A stretch of DNA of 64,000 nucleotides from the human T2T-CHM13v2.0 reference genome, Homo sapiens: the NCBI RefSeq assembly GCF_009914755.1, contig NC_060943.1; one strand, 5' to 3'. The notes below the pieces were generated by a model, which saw only the letters and a list, made by a program, of their open reading frames with translations, had not been told where the DNA came from and searched no databases. Below, one piece after another: positions 23,353 through 43,821 of this stretch. Every line of letters begins with the position of its first letter. Position 1 is the first letter of the stretch. A program made the translations under genes and the position numbers.

Positions 23353-23509
23353 GATGAGCAGGAGGAAGTGCTGAATGTGAATCTCGAGGGGAACTTGACC
23401 CTGGAGGGAGTGACCCGGGGCCAGAGCGGGACCTATGGCTGCAGAGTGGAGGATTACGACGCGGCAGATGACGTGCAGCTCTCCAAGACGCTGGAGCTGC
23501 GCGTGGCCT
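23353..23509 (+). CDS. BCAM: BCAM exon 8 (c.922-1078), acidic laminin-alpha5-binding patch EDYD(343)
   Basis: cccag|GAT...GCCT|gtgaga; DEQEEVLNV...GTYGCRVEDYDAADD...LRVA. Confidence 0.97.
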
Positions 23510-23639
23510 GTGAGAGCCCTGGGTGAACGGGCGGGCAGGAGGGGCCCTGGCATCAGTGCCTCTGCGCCCTCCTCCCTACAGCCCTGAAGTTGCTCTGTCA
23601 TCCCAAACACTCTGCCTTCAACCCTTTCTCTGCATTTCT

Positions 23640-26900
<3,261 letters not shown>

Positions 26901-27270
26901 AAAGATGTTTGGGGGTAACAGGGAGGTTACCCCACAGGTTGGGGTTTGAGCAAAAGGTTTGTGTGCTAAAGTCACAGAAGGGACACCTTCCACACCTAAG
27001 GTTATTCATTAACCTTGGGCTCAGATGTCAGCTCTGAAGAAAAGTAATTGACTTGGGCATGTCAATGTTGGGGTTAGACTGCTAGATTTTTGGTTGGAGA
27101 GCCTGGATGGGAGAATGGAGATTTCATGGAGATGGGGTAAACCAGGAGGATTACTTGCTGTTCTCTGCTTCCAACTGTCCATTCATGTTTGCACCCCCGA
27201 CCGCCCCTGGAGAGCCCCTAATTGAGTGGGTGGCGGTCTGGGACGAGTGACAGACTGTCCCCCACTGCAG

Positions 27271-27386
27271 ATCTGGACCCCCTGGAGCTCAGCGAGGGGA
27301 AGGTGCTTTCCTTACCTCTAAACAGCAGTGCAGTCGTGAACTGCTCCGTGCACGGCCTGCCCACCCCTGCCCTACGCTGGACCAAG
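27271..27386 (+). CDS. BCAM: BCAM exon 9 (c.1079-1194)
   Basis: tgcag|AT...AAG|gtgaga; YLDPLELSEGKVLSLPLNSSAVVNCSVHG...WTK. Confidence 0.97.
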
Positions 27387-27489
27387 GTGAGAGGGAGAGG
27401 AGCCCCCTCGGGCCCTGCACTCGCACCCTCCTCTCTCCCCTCACTCCTCGCCCTCTCACAGCGTCCTCCTCCTCCTCTGCCCTTCCCAG

Positions 27490-27631
27490 GACTCCACTCC
27501 CCTGGGCGATGGCCCCATGCTGTCGCTCAGTTCTATCACCTTCGATTCCAATGGCACCTACGTATGTGAGGCCTCCCTGCCCACAGTCCCGGTCCTCAGC
27601 CGCACCCAGAACTTCACGCTGCTGGTCCAAG
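27490..27631 (+). CDS. BCAM: BCAM exon 10 (c.1195-1336)
   Basis: cccag|GAC...CAAG|gttcag; DSTPLGDGPMLSL...GTYVCEAS...LLVQ. Confidence 0.95.
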
Positions 27632-27804
27632 GTTCAGGGGGCAGGGAGGGGGTGGGCTTGGATGGGGACAGTGTGGGGTGTGGGACCTGGACAAACAGGA
27701 CGAGTTCCTGAGTCCCTGGCTGGGGACTCCATCTTCTGCTCGATGCCTCTCTTCTCTCTCTCTCTCCTCTCCCTTCACTTTCTTCCCATCCCCACCACCC
27801 ACAG

Positions 27805-27941
27805 GCTCGCCAGAGCTAAAGACAGCGGAAATAGAGCCCAAGGCAGATGGCAGCTGGAGGGAAGGAGACGAAGTCACACTCATCTGCTCTGCCCGCGGCC
27901 ATCCAGACCCCAAACTCAGCTGGAGCCAATTGGGGGGCAGC
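27805..27941 (+). CDS. BCAM: BCAM exon 11 (c.1337-1473)
   Basis: acag|GC...AGC|gtaagg; GSPELKTAEIEPK...VTLICSARG...LGGS. Confidence 0.97.
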
Positions 27942-28094
27942 GTAAGGGACCTTCCTCTCCACCCTGAGCCCCCTCTCACTCATCCAAGTATCACACCCTC
28001 CTTTCCACTTCCTGGGAGACTGGACGTCGTTCACCTCTGCCCTTGACCCCACCCCTTGACCCCACCAGCCGGGGCCTGATCGGAGCCTCCATAG

Positions 28095-28239
28095 CCCGCA
28101 GAGCCAATCCCCGGACGGCAGGGTTGGGTGAGCAGCTCTCTGACCCTGAAAGTGACCAGCGCCCTGAGCCGCGATGGCATCTCCTGTGAAGCCTCCAACC
28201 CCCACGGGAACAAGCGCCATGTCTTCCACTTCGGCACCG
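28095..28239 (+). CDS. BCAM: BCAM exon 12 (c.1474-1618); Thr539 = Au(a)
   Basis: catag|CCC...ACCG|gtgagt; PAEPIPGRQGWV...GISCEASNPHG...FHFGT; c.1615A at 28236. Confidence 0.97.
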
Positions 28240-28330
28240 GTGAGTGACTGAGGTGGTGGCAGAGGAGCCGGGTGTGGGGCAGACAGAGCCCACTGCCTGA
28301 CCCACGCCTCTCTCCATCCTGTCCCTGCAG

Positions 28331-28475
28331 TGAGCCCCCAGACCTCCCAGGCTGGAGTGGCCGTCATGGCCGTGGCCGTCAGCGTGGGCCTCCTGCTCCT
28401 CGTCGTTGCTGTCTTCTACTGCGTGAGACGCAAAGGGGGCCCCTGCTGCCGCCAGCGGCGGGAGAAGGGGGCTCC
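28331..28475 (+). CDS. BCAM: BCAM exon 13 (c.1619-1763): transmembrane helix and RK573-574; intron 13 retention gives TGA at 28477-28479 (588-aa Lu(v13))
   Basis: tgcag|TG...CC|gtgagt; VAVMAVAVSVGLLLLVVAVFYC then VRRKGGPCCRQRREKGAP. Confidence 0.97.
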
Positions 28476-28499
28476 GTGAGTGGCCTGCTATCTGCAATG

Positions 28500-29430
28500 A
28501 CCACCATAGCTTAACCCCATCCCCACCCTCAACCCCAAGCTCAACCCATAACCTCAACCACATCTTATCCTCCACCCCACATCCCACCACATCCACCTCC
28601 ATCCCCAACCCATCCTCATCCCCAACTACAGCCCCAAACCCAGCCCCAGACTAATCCACAGCCATCCCCAACTGCAGCCCCAAACCCAACCCAGGGCCAT
28701 CCCCAAACCCATCCCCAAGCCAAACTCAACACCATCCCCTTCCCTAATCACCTCTCCTGCCCCTAGCTCAGCCTCATCCCCAACTCCATGCCTGTCTCCA
28801 ATCCCAACCCTGCCCCCAATCTCCCCTCAACTCCAATCCATAACCCCCTTCAAACCATCCTCAACTAAGCTCCTCTCCAGCCCTGGCCACATCCCCATCC
28901 TCCCCCAACCTCCAGCCCCAACACCCATCATCCCCCTGAGCTCACCCTTAACTCCAATTTATCCTCCAAGCCTATCTCTCACCATCCAGCCCTCACCTAG
29001 CCATTTCCCAACCCTAGTCCTCCACCGTCCCGAAGCCAACTTCACCCATGTCCCCATCCCCAATCTTGTCCCCATTCCTGACTCCAAATCCAACCCCTAA
29101 GCCTCCCCAAGCTCCTCCTCATCTAACCTTGTCTCCAGCCCCAACCACATGGCCGTCCTCACCTCCAATCCGTAACCATCCCAGACCGATCCCAAAGCCA
29201 ACTCCAGCTACATTCCCACCTCCAACCCCAATAGCATCTGCATCCCCATGCCCAACCCTAACCCCAGTGCCATTACCAGCCCCTACCCCATCCCTATGCC
29301 ATCCCCACCCAGCACACCCCCATCCTCACCTCCATCCCCAGCCGCATCCTAGTCCCACCCACCCCCATCCTCAGTTCCTCCCCCTGCCGTGTGCACCTCC
29401 AACACGACGCCTCCGCCCGCTGCCTCCTCC
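28500..29430 (+). repeat. C/A-rich, G-poor low-complexity sequence filling BCAM intron 13
   Basis: Dozens of CATCCCC / CCCCAA / CAACCC blocks. Confidence 0.9.
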
Positions 29431-29436
29431 CCCCAG

Positions 29437-29554
29437 GCCGCCAGGGGAGCCAGGGCTGAGCCACTCGGGGTCGGAGCAACCAGAGCAGACCGGCCTTCTC
29501 ATGGGAGGTGCCTCCGGAGGAGCCAGGGGTGGCAGCGGGGGCTTCGGAGACGAG
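29437..29554 (+). CDS. BCAM: BCAM exon 14 (c.1764-1881): long cytoplasmic tail with LL608-609 and Ser621
   Basis: cccag|G...GAG|gtgggt; PPGEPGLSHSGSEQPEQTGLLMGG...GGFGDE. Confidence 0.97.
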
Positions 29555-29647
29555 GTGGGTGAGGGCCTGGGCCCCCTGGTGAGAGGGACCTGCTGGGCAG
29601 TGGAGCACGCCCATGGGCACAGGCTGACCTCTCCATCCGCTCCCCAG

Positions 29648-29653
29648 TGCTGA
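29648..29653 (+). CDS. BCAM: BCAM exon 15 coding part (Cys628 + TGA); 3' UTR runs to ~30148
   Basis: cccag|TGC TGA; cumulative CDS = 1887 nt. Confidence 0.95.
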   Translation, partial: C

Positions 29654-30124
29654 GCCAAGAACCTCCTAGAGGCTGTCCCTGGACCTGGAGCTGCAGGCAT
29701 CAGAGAACCAGCCCTGCTCACGCCATGCCCGCCCCCGCCTTCCCTCTTCCCTCTTCCCTCTCCCTGCCCAGCCCTCCCTTCCTTCCTCTGCCGGCAAGGC
29801 AGGGACCCACAGTGGCTGCCTGCCTCCGGGAGGGAAGGAGAGGGAGGGTGGGTGGGTGGGAGGGGGCCTTCCTCCAGGGAATGTGACTCTCCCAGGCCCC
29901 AGAATAGCTCCTGGACCCAAGCCCAAGGCCCAGCCTGGGACAAGGCTCCGAGGGTCGGCTGGCCGGAGCTATTTTTACCTCCCGCCTCCCCTGCTGGTCC
30001 CCCCACCTGACGTCTTGCTGCAGAGTCTGACACTGGATTCCCCCCCCTCACCCCGCCCCTGGTCCCACTCCTGCCCCCGCCCTACCTCCGCCCCACCCCA
30101 TCATCTGTGGACACTGGAGTCTGG

Positions 30125-30130
30125 AATAAA
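30125..30130 (+). terminator. BCAM: BCAM polyadenylation signal AATAAA
   Basis: Canonical hexamer ~470 nt after stop. Confidence 0.9.
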
Positions 30131-32674
30131 TGCTGTTTGTCACATCAACACCATCCTGTGGCCAGAGCTTCCTCTGGGAGTAGGGAGGGGAAGGGCGATG
30201 CAGGTGATTCCCTGCTCTCAGCTGCCCCCCCATCCGCCCCCTTGCAAGACCTCAGAAGACGCCTGATGTCATGGAGAAAGAAATGAGACAGGGCTGGGCG
30301 CCGTGGTTCATTCTTGTAATCCCAGTGGTGGTGGCTCACGCCCGTAATCCCAGCACTTTAAGAGGCTGACACTGGAGGGTGGCTTCAGGCCAGGAGTTCA
30401 AGACCAGCCTGGGCAACATATGGAGACCCCATCGCTACAAATAATAATACTAATAATACAGAAATTAGCCAGGTGTGCCTATAGTCCCAGCTATTCAGGA
30501 GGCTAAGGTGGGAGGATTCCTTGAGCCCAGGAATACGAGGTTACAGTGAGCTATGATCACGCCATTGCACTCCAGCCTGGGTGACAAAGCGAGACTTCAT
30601 CTCTAAAAAAAAAGAAGAAAACAAAAAGAGGCCAAGCTCAGTGGCTCAAACCTGTAATCCCAGCACTTTGGGAGACCAAGGCAGGGGGATCACTTTAGGT
30701 CAGGAGTTTGAGACCAGCCTGGCCAACATGGTGAAACCCCATCTCTACTAAAAATACAAAAAATTAGCCAGGCATGGTGGCGCGAGCCTGTAATCCCAGC
30801 TACGTGGGAAACTGAGGAGGAGAAAATCTTGAACCCAGGAGGCAGAGGTTGCAGTGAGCCGATATCGCACCACTGCACTCCAGCCTGGGCGACAGAGCGA
30901 GACACTCCGTGAAAAGAAAAGAAAAAGAAATGACAGCATGAGAGCGAGTGAGCACGCAGAGGGCGACTTAGCTGGCCGGGGGTGGACGGAAAGATGCCAG
31001 GTCCCGAGGGTGCTGGGCTTGGCCCCCGAGGACCAGCGTCTGCCTGGAGATGGGTGCTGTCCCCTTAAGTAAAAGTTCCCAGTCTGTCTTGCCAGAGCCC
31101 CAGAGGGAATTGAAACTGGGCGAGGAAAAGCTCCCTCTTAGCTGTAGAGTCAATAGAATTAGGGATGGAGCCACCTCCTCTGGGGAGGAGTCCCTGGGGA
31201 AAGCGGGGAGCTGGGAGGAATCCAGAGAAAAGGGGGCCTGGGGCAGAGAGGACACACAGACATTACAAGGCCAAGAAAGAGGGACGTGAGAAAGGGATGG
31301 AAAGATTTAGGGGGAGGCAAGAGGGATGGGTTGGGAAGCTCCGAGAGAGCCCTGGAGTAAGAGACAAAAATAGATCTGGGGAGACAGACAAAAAGAGTAG
31401 TGGGCCAGGTCCAGTGGCTCATGCCTATAATCCCAGCACTTTGGGAGGCTGAGGCAGGAGGATCTCTTGAGGCCAGGGGTTTGAGACCAGCCTGATCAAC
31501 ATACCAAGACCCCATCTCTACAAAAAATAAAAAATTAGCCGGGCATGGTGGCACACGACTGCAGTCCTCAGCACAGGCAAGAGGATCACTTGAGGCCAGC
31601 AGTTCAAGACCAGCCTGGGCAACATAGTGAGACCCCATCTCTACAAAAAAATAAAAAATTAGCTGGGCATGGTGGCAAACACCTGTGGTCCCGCACTTTG
31701 TGTGACCAAGGCAGGTGGTTCACTTGAGGCCAGTAGTTCAAGACCAGCCTGGGCAACACAGCAAGACCACATCTCTACATAATTTTTTAAAGAGAAATAC
31801 AGAGAAAGAAGAACTGGAGTTAGAGAGATCATTGCAGTTGGAAAGGGAGAGAGGAAATGCAAGCAGCTGCCTAGAAGGACGGAGGAGGGTAGCGGGAGGT
31901 CAGCACGGGTGACTGGCTGGCGACCTCACCTCTCTGAGCCTTTCTTGTGCATCGAATGGGGATCAATTGCACTTTGGCCACGGCGGGCTGCTGTGAGGTG
32001 TCAGTGTGATCTTAGAGCCATGTGGGGTGATGGGGGCATTGCACTCACACACCACCCAGGGCCTCCTAGCATTGCCTTCTCAAATCTCAGGCACGCAGCT
32101 CCACTCTCTGCTCTCAGTCACCTCAGCCACAAAGTGGATAGAGTGGGATCTGTCACCATAGGAAATTATTCGGATGCCACAGAAGCCTCCTTCCTGGTAG
32201 GTAAACCAAGCAGCCTGCCCAGGCAGAAGAGCTCATGGGCCACGTTAAGGCGCTCAGATCCCATGGTTTATTGAATTCATTTAAAACAAACACAAGGTTA
32301 TTGTTTGTTTTTCAACTGTGTGGTGGTAGGAAGTGCTCCTGACGGTTTTCCCATGGCAATAATTTACTCCTTGATTTCACCCACCACTACTGTGACAGCT
32401 TTCTCTCACTGATTCACCCAAAAGTGGGCTTTTCTTTGTCATTCATTCTTTTTTTTTTTTTTTTTGATGGAGTGCAGTGGCAAAATCATAGCTCACTACC
32501 TCAAACTCCTAGGCTCAAGTGATCCTCCTGCCTCAGCTTGCTCTGCAGCTAGACCCACAGGCACATGCCATCACACCCAGCTAAATTTTTATTTTTATTT
32601 TTTGTAGAGACAAGGTCTCAAACTCCTGGCCTCAAGCAATCCTCCTGCACAAAGTTTTAGGATTACAGGTATGA

Positions 32675-32869
<195 letters not shown>

Positions 32870-33189
32870 TAATTTATGAATTTTTTGTTGAGACTGGGTT
32901 TCACCATGTTGCCCAGGCTCGTCTTGAACTCGAGCTCAAAATGATCTGCTTGCCTTGGCGTCCTAAAGTGCTGGGATTACAGGCCTGAGCCACTGAGCCC
33001 GGCCTCTAAAAAACTTTGTATTAACAACTTTCTTCTTCCAAAAAACCTGCAGTTCCCACTCTTGTCAATGTGTGTGAGGTGCCCATTACTCCATACTTTG
33101 GCCAGCACTTGCAATTATCCTCTAAATTTTTGCCTACTTGATGGGTAACAAAATGGCTCTCATATTTGTGTCTCTTTTTTTTTTTTTGA

Positions 33190-33294
<105 letters not shown>

Positions 33295-33989
33295 TGAGTA
33301 GCTGGGATTACAGGCACCCGCCACTACGCCCAGCTAATTTTTTGTATTTTTAGTTGAGACGGGGTTTCACCATGTTGGCCAGGCTGGTCTTGAACTCCTG
33401 ACTTCGTGATTCACCCACCTCGGCCTCTCAAAGTGCTGGGATTACAGGTGTGAGCCACTGTGCCCGGCCTAATTTTTAGGCGGGGTTTCACCATATTGGT
33501 CAGTCTGGTCTTAAAACTCCCGACCTCAGGTGATCCACTCGCCTCAGCCTCCAAAAGTGCTGGGATTACAGGTGTGAGACACCGTGCCTGGCCGATAATT
33601 TGGTCTTGAGGTCCCTTTCATGAGCATGGCCATAGACTCTGGCTTTGCCCTGCCTGGGCTCCAGGGGATTAGATCATAAGTGTTTACAATGTGCTTTTCA
33701 GCAGATTTTCCTTTATCCTGGCAGGCAGCCCAATGCCTAAGTGTCTGACTTGTACACAGGTGTCCCTCTCACAGGAAATGTATTTATACTGGCCAAGACC
33801 CTTTGTGGCTCTTATCTGACCTGTGTCCAGTTTATTCCTAACCAGGAAAGAAATTAGGTTCAGGTGTGTCAGTCAAGTGACACACAAAGGAGGCAACTCA
33901 ACAAAACACATGAAATATCAGAAAGAGGCAGGGTGCAGTGGATCACGCATATAATCCTAGCTCTTCAGGAGGCCAAGGCAGGAGGATCA

Positions 33990-34362
<373 letters not shown>

Positions 34363-34678
34363 TTAAAAATAAAAAAAGAAGAAAGAAAGATATAACAGAA
34401 GCAGTTTATTACTTATGGATCCCAGAGAGAAAAGAGCAGCACACTTCCCTGGGCCAGTGGGAAGGGGGCAGCTGCCTGAGACATGCAGGCTCAACCAGCA
34501 GGTGGAGAGAGACCCCCCCAAAGCCTTTACTGCGGTCCAGGGCATGGCGGAGACGGAGTTCCCCAGGAGAGTTCTAACTGATGGGTTTAGAACAAGCAGG
34601 CACAAGAATTCCATAGAGACACACTGTGATGGAGGTTGTCATATCTGCACAGTCCATTCATTGGAGGTGTGGGGATCA

Positions 34679-34993
<315 letters not shown>

Positions 34994-35565
34994 TCAAGGA
35001 TAACTAAGTCCAGATTTTGGCATGAGAAAGTTAAACATATTCAGAATGGATGCTAAGACAATATAGAATTATACAAATTCACCACAATGGCATATTAATT
35101 TGTTTTCATTTGAATTTCCGTGACCTCTAGTGTGAAAATGGTGTTTCTCTGTATGTTCATTGGCCATTTGCTTTTCTTGTTTATGAACTGTGGTATACTC
35201 TTGCCTACTTTTCTCTTTTTTTTTTTACCTTTTCTTATTAATTTGCAGGATCTCTCTACACACCAGGAATATTAACCTCTAATCTTATAAAGCTTTTATC
35301 TCAGGCTGGGTGCCGTGACTCACGCCTGTAATCCTACCACTTTGGGAGGACGAGGTGGGTGAATCACTTGAGTCCAGGAGTTCAAGACCAGCCTGGCCAA
35401 CATAGCGAAACCCTGTCTCTACTAAAAATACAAAAAAATAGCCAGGCAGGGGGTAGCCAGGCATGCCTGTAATCCCAGCACTTTGAGAGACCAAAGCAGA
35501 CGGATCGCTTGAGCCCAGGAGTTCAAGACCAGCCTGACCAACATAGTGAAACCCTGTCTCTACTA

Positions 35566-35868
<303 letters not shown>

Positions 35869-36502
35869 TCAAACCTATTATGTCCCAAATCGACCTCCAG
35901 TCTTTCCTCTCGCATAAATGGTATCCCTGCCCTCCAGCTGGGTGAGCCCAAAACTTAGAATTTATCCTGGATTCCTCCATTTCCTTTACCTCCCACTCAC
36001 ATAACCCAAAGGCACATCCCATGGGTCCCCTCCCATACAGCTCTCTTTCCTGACCACTTATCCCCCGGCTTCCCATATTCAATAAACCTTTTAACTCTAT
36101 ACCCTGCCACAGGGCATAGAGCTGCAGCTAGCTCTTTCTACAAATGGTTTCACGGCCATCAGTCCAAACATACATCTTCTTTCACCTGGATCAATGCACT
36201 TATAAAAGCAAATGCTCAACAGCAATCTTTGATGGCTCTAATACTCACATCAATTAAAAATTTAAACGTTACCTTTCAGTCACCCTTCCCATCCTTTTAA
36301 AGTGGAATTCCTAAATCTAAAATGGTAAAAGTTAAAAAAAAAATAAAACACCAAGCTCATATGGCTCTATAAAATACAGAATAACTTTAAAATGTATCTT
36401 ATAGGCGGGGCTGGGCATGGTAGCTCACGCCTGTAATCCCAGCACTTTGGGAGGCTGAGGCGGGCGGATCACGAGATCAGGAGATTGAGACCATCCTGGC
36501 TA

Positions 36503-37229
<727 letters not shown>

Positions 37230-37804
37230 TAATTTTAGTAGAGACAGAGTTTCACCGTGTTAGCCAGGATGATCTTGATGTCCTGACCTCATGATCTGCC
37301 CACCTCAGCCTCCCAAAGTGCTGGGATTACAGGCGTGAGCCACCATGCCGGGCCAATTTTTTTTTTTAAGATGTAGTCTTGTTCTGTTGCCCAGGCTGAC
37401 CCATTGCTCTCATGTATGTTTGTTTGTTTGTTTGTTTGTTTTTGAGACAGGACCTGGCTCTGTCGCCGAGGCTAGAGTACAATGGTGCAATCATGACTTA
37501 CTGCAGCCTCGACCTTGGGCTCAAGTGATCCTCCCACCTCAGATTCCCCAGTAGCTGGGACTACAGGTGCATTGCCCTCAGGCCCAGCTAATTTTTGTAT
37601 TTTTTGTAGAGATGGGATTTCACTAAGTTGGCAAGGCTGGTCTCAAACTCCTGACCTCAGGTGATCTGCCCGCCTCAGCCTCCCAAAGTGCTGGGATTAT
37701 GGACATGAGCCACCATGCCCTGCCTATAACTGCTTTTAAACATAATTTTATACTTTTCCAGGAGCGTCCTAATGCATACGTGTACTGCGTATTCTCGAAA
37801 TTTA

Positions 37805-38175
<371 letters not shown>

Positions 38176-38188
38176 TCATTTCTCTTAG

Positions 38189-38452
<264 letters not shown>

Positions 38453-39238
38453 TAGCTGCAACTACAGGCATGCACCACCACAGCTGGCTAATTAAAAAAA
38501 AAAAAAAAACTTTTACAGATGGGGTTTCTCTGTGTTGACTAGTCTGGTCTTGAACTCCTGGCTTCAAGAGATCCTCCTGCCTCAGCCTCCCAAAGCTCTG
38601 GGATTACAGGCATGACCCATCACACCTGACCAGGACTCTCAAACTTACCCTTCATTTGTCCTGAAATCTTTCACTACAGATCCTCACGTAATTCATTCAT
38701 TCTCATACTGCAGATTTTGGCTCAAAATAGCACCTAGCCAGAAATGTCTTTCAGACTCTCTTATTTTAAGGAGCTCTTGCCCCAAACCCACCCAAGTTAC
38801 TTCCATCATCCTAAGTATTAATACTTTTGCTTGATTTTGTTCTTTTCTAGTTTCTGGGTTCTATGCATAGACCATTTTTACTAATATTCATATTTTCTTT
38901 TAAATACCTTAGAAAGATATTTTAGATTTCTTCATTTGAGCCATGCACATTCTTTGAAAATTTATCCTAAAATAGCTGGGCACCCAGCCCATCCCTTGAA
39001 CCCAGGAGGTGGAAGTGGTAGTGAGCTGCGATTGTGTCGCTGAACTCCAGCCTGGGACACCGAGTGAGACTCCATCTCAAAAACAAACAAACAAACAAAA
39101 AAATGTTGGGCACAGTAGTTCATGCCTAGTCCCAGCTACTCAGGAGGCTGAGGCACGAGGATCACTTGAGGCCAGGAGTTTGAGATCAGCCTGGGCAACA
39201 CAGCAAGACCTCACTCTAAAAAAAAATGTTAATGCTAA

Positions 39239-39521
<283 letters not shown>

Positions 39522-39636
39522 TGATCCGCCCGCCTTGGCCTCCCAAAGTCCTAGGATTACAGGAGTGAGCCACCGCGCCCAGCAAAAAGTTTTTTAACTA
39601 GCTGAGTATAGTGGCACGAGCCTGTAGTGCCAGCTA

Positions 39637-39879
<243 letters not shown>

Positions 39880-40114
39880 TTAGCCAGGCGTGGTGGCCGG
39901 TGCCTGTAACCTCAGTTACTCGGGAGACTGTGACAGAAAGATGAAGGCTGCAGAGAGCTGTGATCGCACCCCTGTACTCCAACCTAGATGACAGCAAGAA
40001 CCTGTCTCAAAAAAATAGACAAATACATAAAATAAAATCGGAGTGAAGCTACCAATGTAATGTTGAGTGAGTGATATGTTTCAGAAAATACTTTCTAGAT
40101 CCTTGATGTTTAAT

Positions 40115-40467
<353 letters not shown>

Positions 40468-40842
40468 TAATTTTTTGTATTTTTAGTAGAGACGGGGTTT
40501 CACCATGTTAGCCAGGATGGTCTCGATCTCCTGACCTCGTGATCCGCCCGCCTCAGCCTCCCAAAGTGCTGGGATTAGAGGTGTGAGCCACCGCGCCCGG
40601 CCCCCAGTACAGAAATTTCTACAGGGTAATGCAGATCTAGAATATGATCCCATTTTAAAATAAAGTCCATGGCCAGGCATGTTGGCTGATGCCTGTAATC
40701 CCAGCACTTTGGGAGGCCAATGCAGGTGGATCACCTGAGGTTAGGAGTTCGAGACAAGCCTGGCCAACATGGTGAAACCCCGTCTCTACTAAATCTACAA
40801 AAGTTAGCTTGGCATGGTGTCGGGCACCTGTAGTCCCAGCTA

Positions 40843-41037
<195 letters not shown>

Positions 41038-41098
41038 TTAATCTGTTATGTGAATTTTTTAAATTTTTTCATACAGTGTCACTTTATTAAGTGGGTAG

Positions 41099-41425
<327 letters not shown>

Positions 41426-41911
41426 TGAGACACGGTTTCTTAAAACAAAAGAAAAAAAGAGACAGGGTTTCACTCTGTCACCCAGGCTGGAGTAAAGTAG
41501 CACAATCACGGTTCACTGTAGCCTCAACATCCCAGGGCTCAGGTGATCCTCCCATCTCAGCCTCCTGAGTAGCTGGGATTACAGGAGCATGCCACCACAC
41601 CTGGCTAATTTTTGTACTTTTTGTAGAGATAGGGTTTCACCATGTTGCCCAGGCTGGTCTTGAACTCCTGGGCTCAGGCAATGCGACTGCCTCGGCCTCC
41701 TCCCAAAGTGCTAGGATTACAGGCATGAGTCACCACACCTGGCATAAATTATTAAATATTTAAAATTGCCAAGTTCCTTGGAGAAACTCTATTTGACTAC
41801 ATTGTTTATTTTTTTTAATATGCTGCTTCATAACATCTATTTATTTAAAAATTTCTTAACATATGATGCAGCAACTCCCCTTCTGGGTATATATCAGAAA
41901 GAATTGGGTCA

Positions 41912-42337
<426 letters not shown>

Positions 42338-42889
42338 TTAGAGGCGTGAGCCACAGCGCCCAGCTTACATTATACTTTCTAACCTACTAATGGCATCAAA
42401 TAAATAGGAACCGGTATTTGAGAAGCACATATTATAATTGGAGGCTGCAGTGGCTCATGCCTGTAATCCCGGCACTTTGGGAGACAGAGGTGGGCAGATC
42501 GCCTGAGCCCAGGAGTTCAAGACCAGCCAGGGCAATGTGGCAAAACCCCATCTCTACAAAAAATCCAAAAGAATTAGCCAGGTGTGGTGGTATGAGCCTG
42601 TAGTCCCAGCTACTCCGGAGGGTGAGATGGGAGGATCACCTAGTCACAGGAAGGTGGAGACTGCAGTGAGCCGTGATCTGGCCAGTGCACTCCAGCCTGA
42701 GCCACAGAGGGAAGGAAGGAAGGGAAGGAAAAGGGAACAGTGACAAACAGAGACCAGAAACACAGAGGGATGCTGAAGCATAAGGAACGAAAGACCCAGA
42801 GATACAGAAATTTAGGAACACGAAGAGACCCAAAGATAGTGACAGAAACAGACAGACAGAGGAAAGTCTAGAAAGAAACAATGCAGTGA

Positions 42890-43168
<279 letters not shown>

Positions 43169-43280
43169 TGATCTGCCCACCTCGGCCTCCCAAAGTGCTG
43201 GGATTACAGGCATGAGCCACCTCGCCCAGCCTTATTTATTTATTTAGAGACAAGGTCTCGCTCTGTCATCCAGGCTGTAG

Positions 43281-43821
<541 letters not shown>

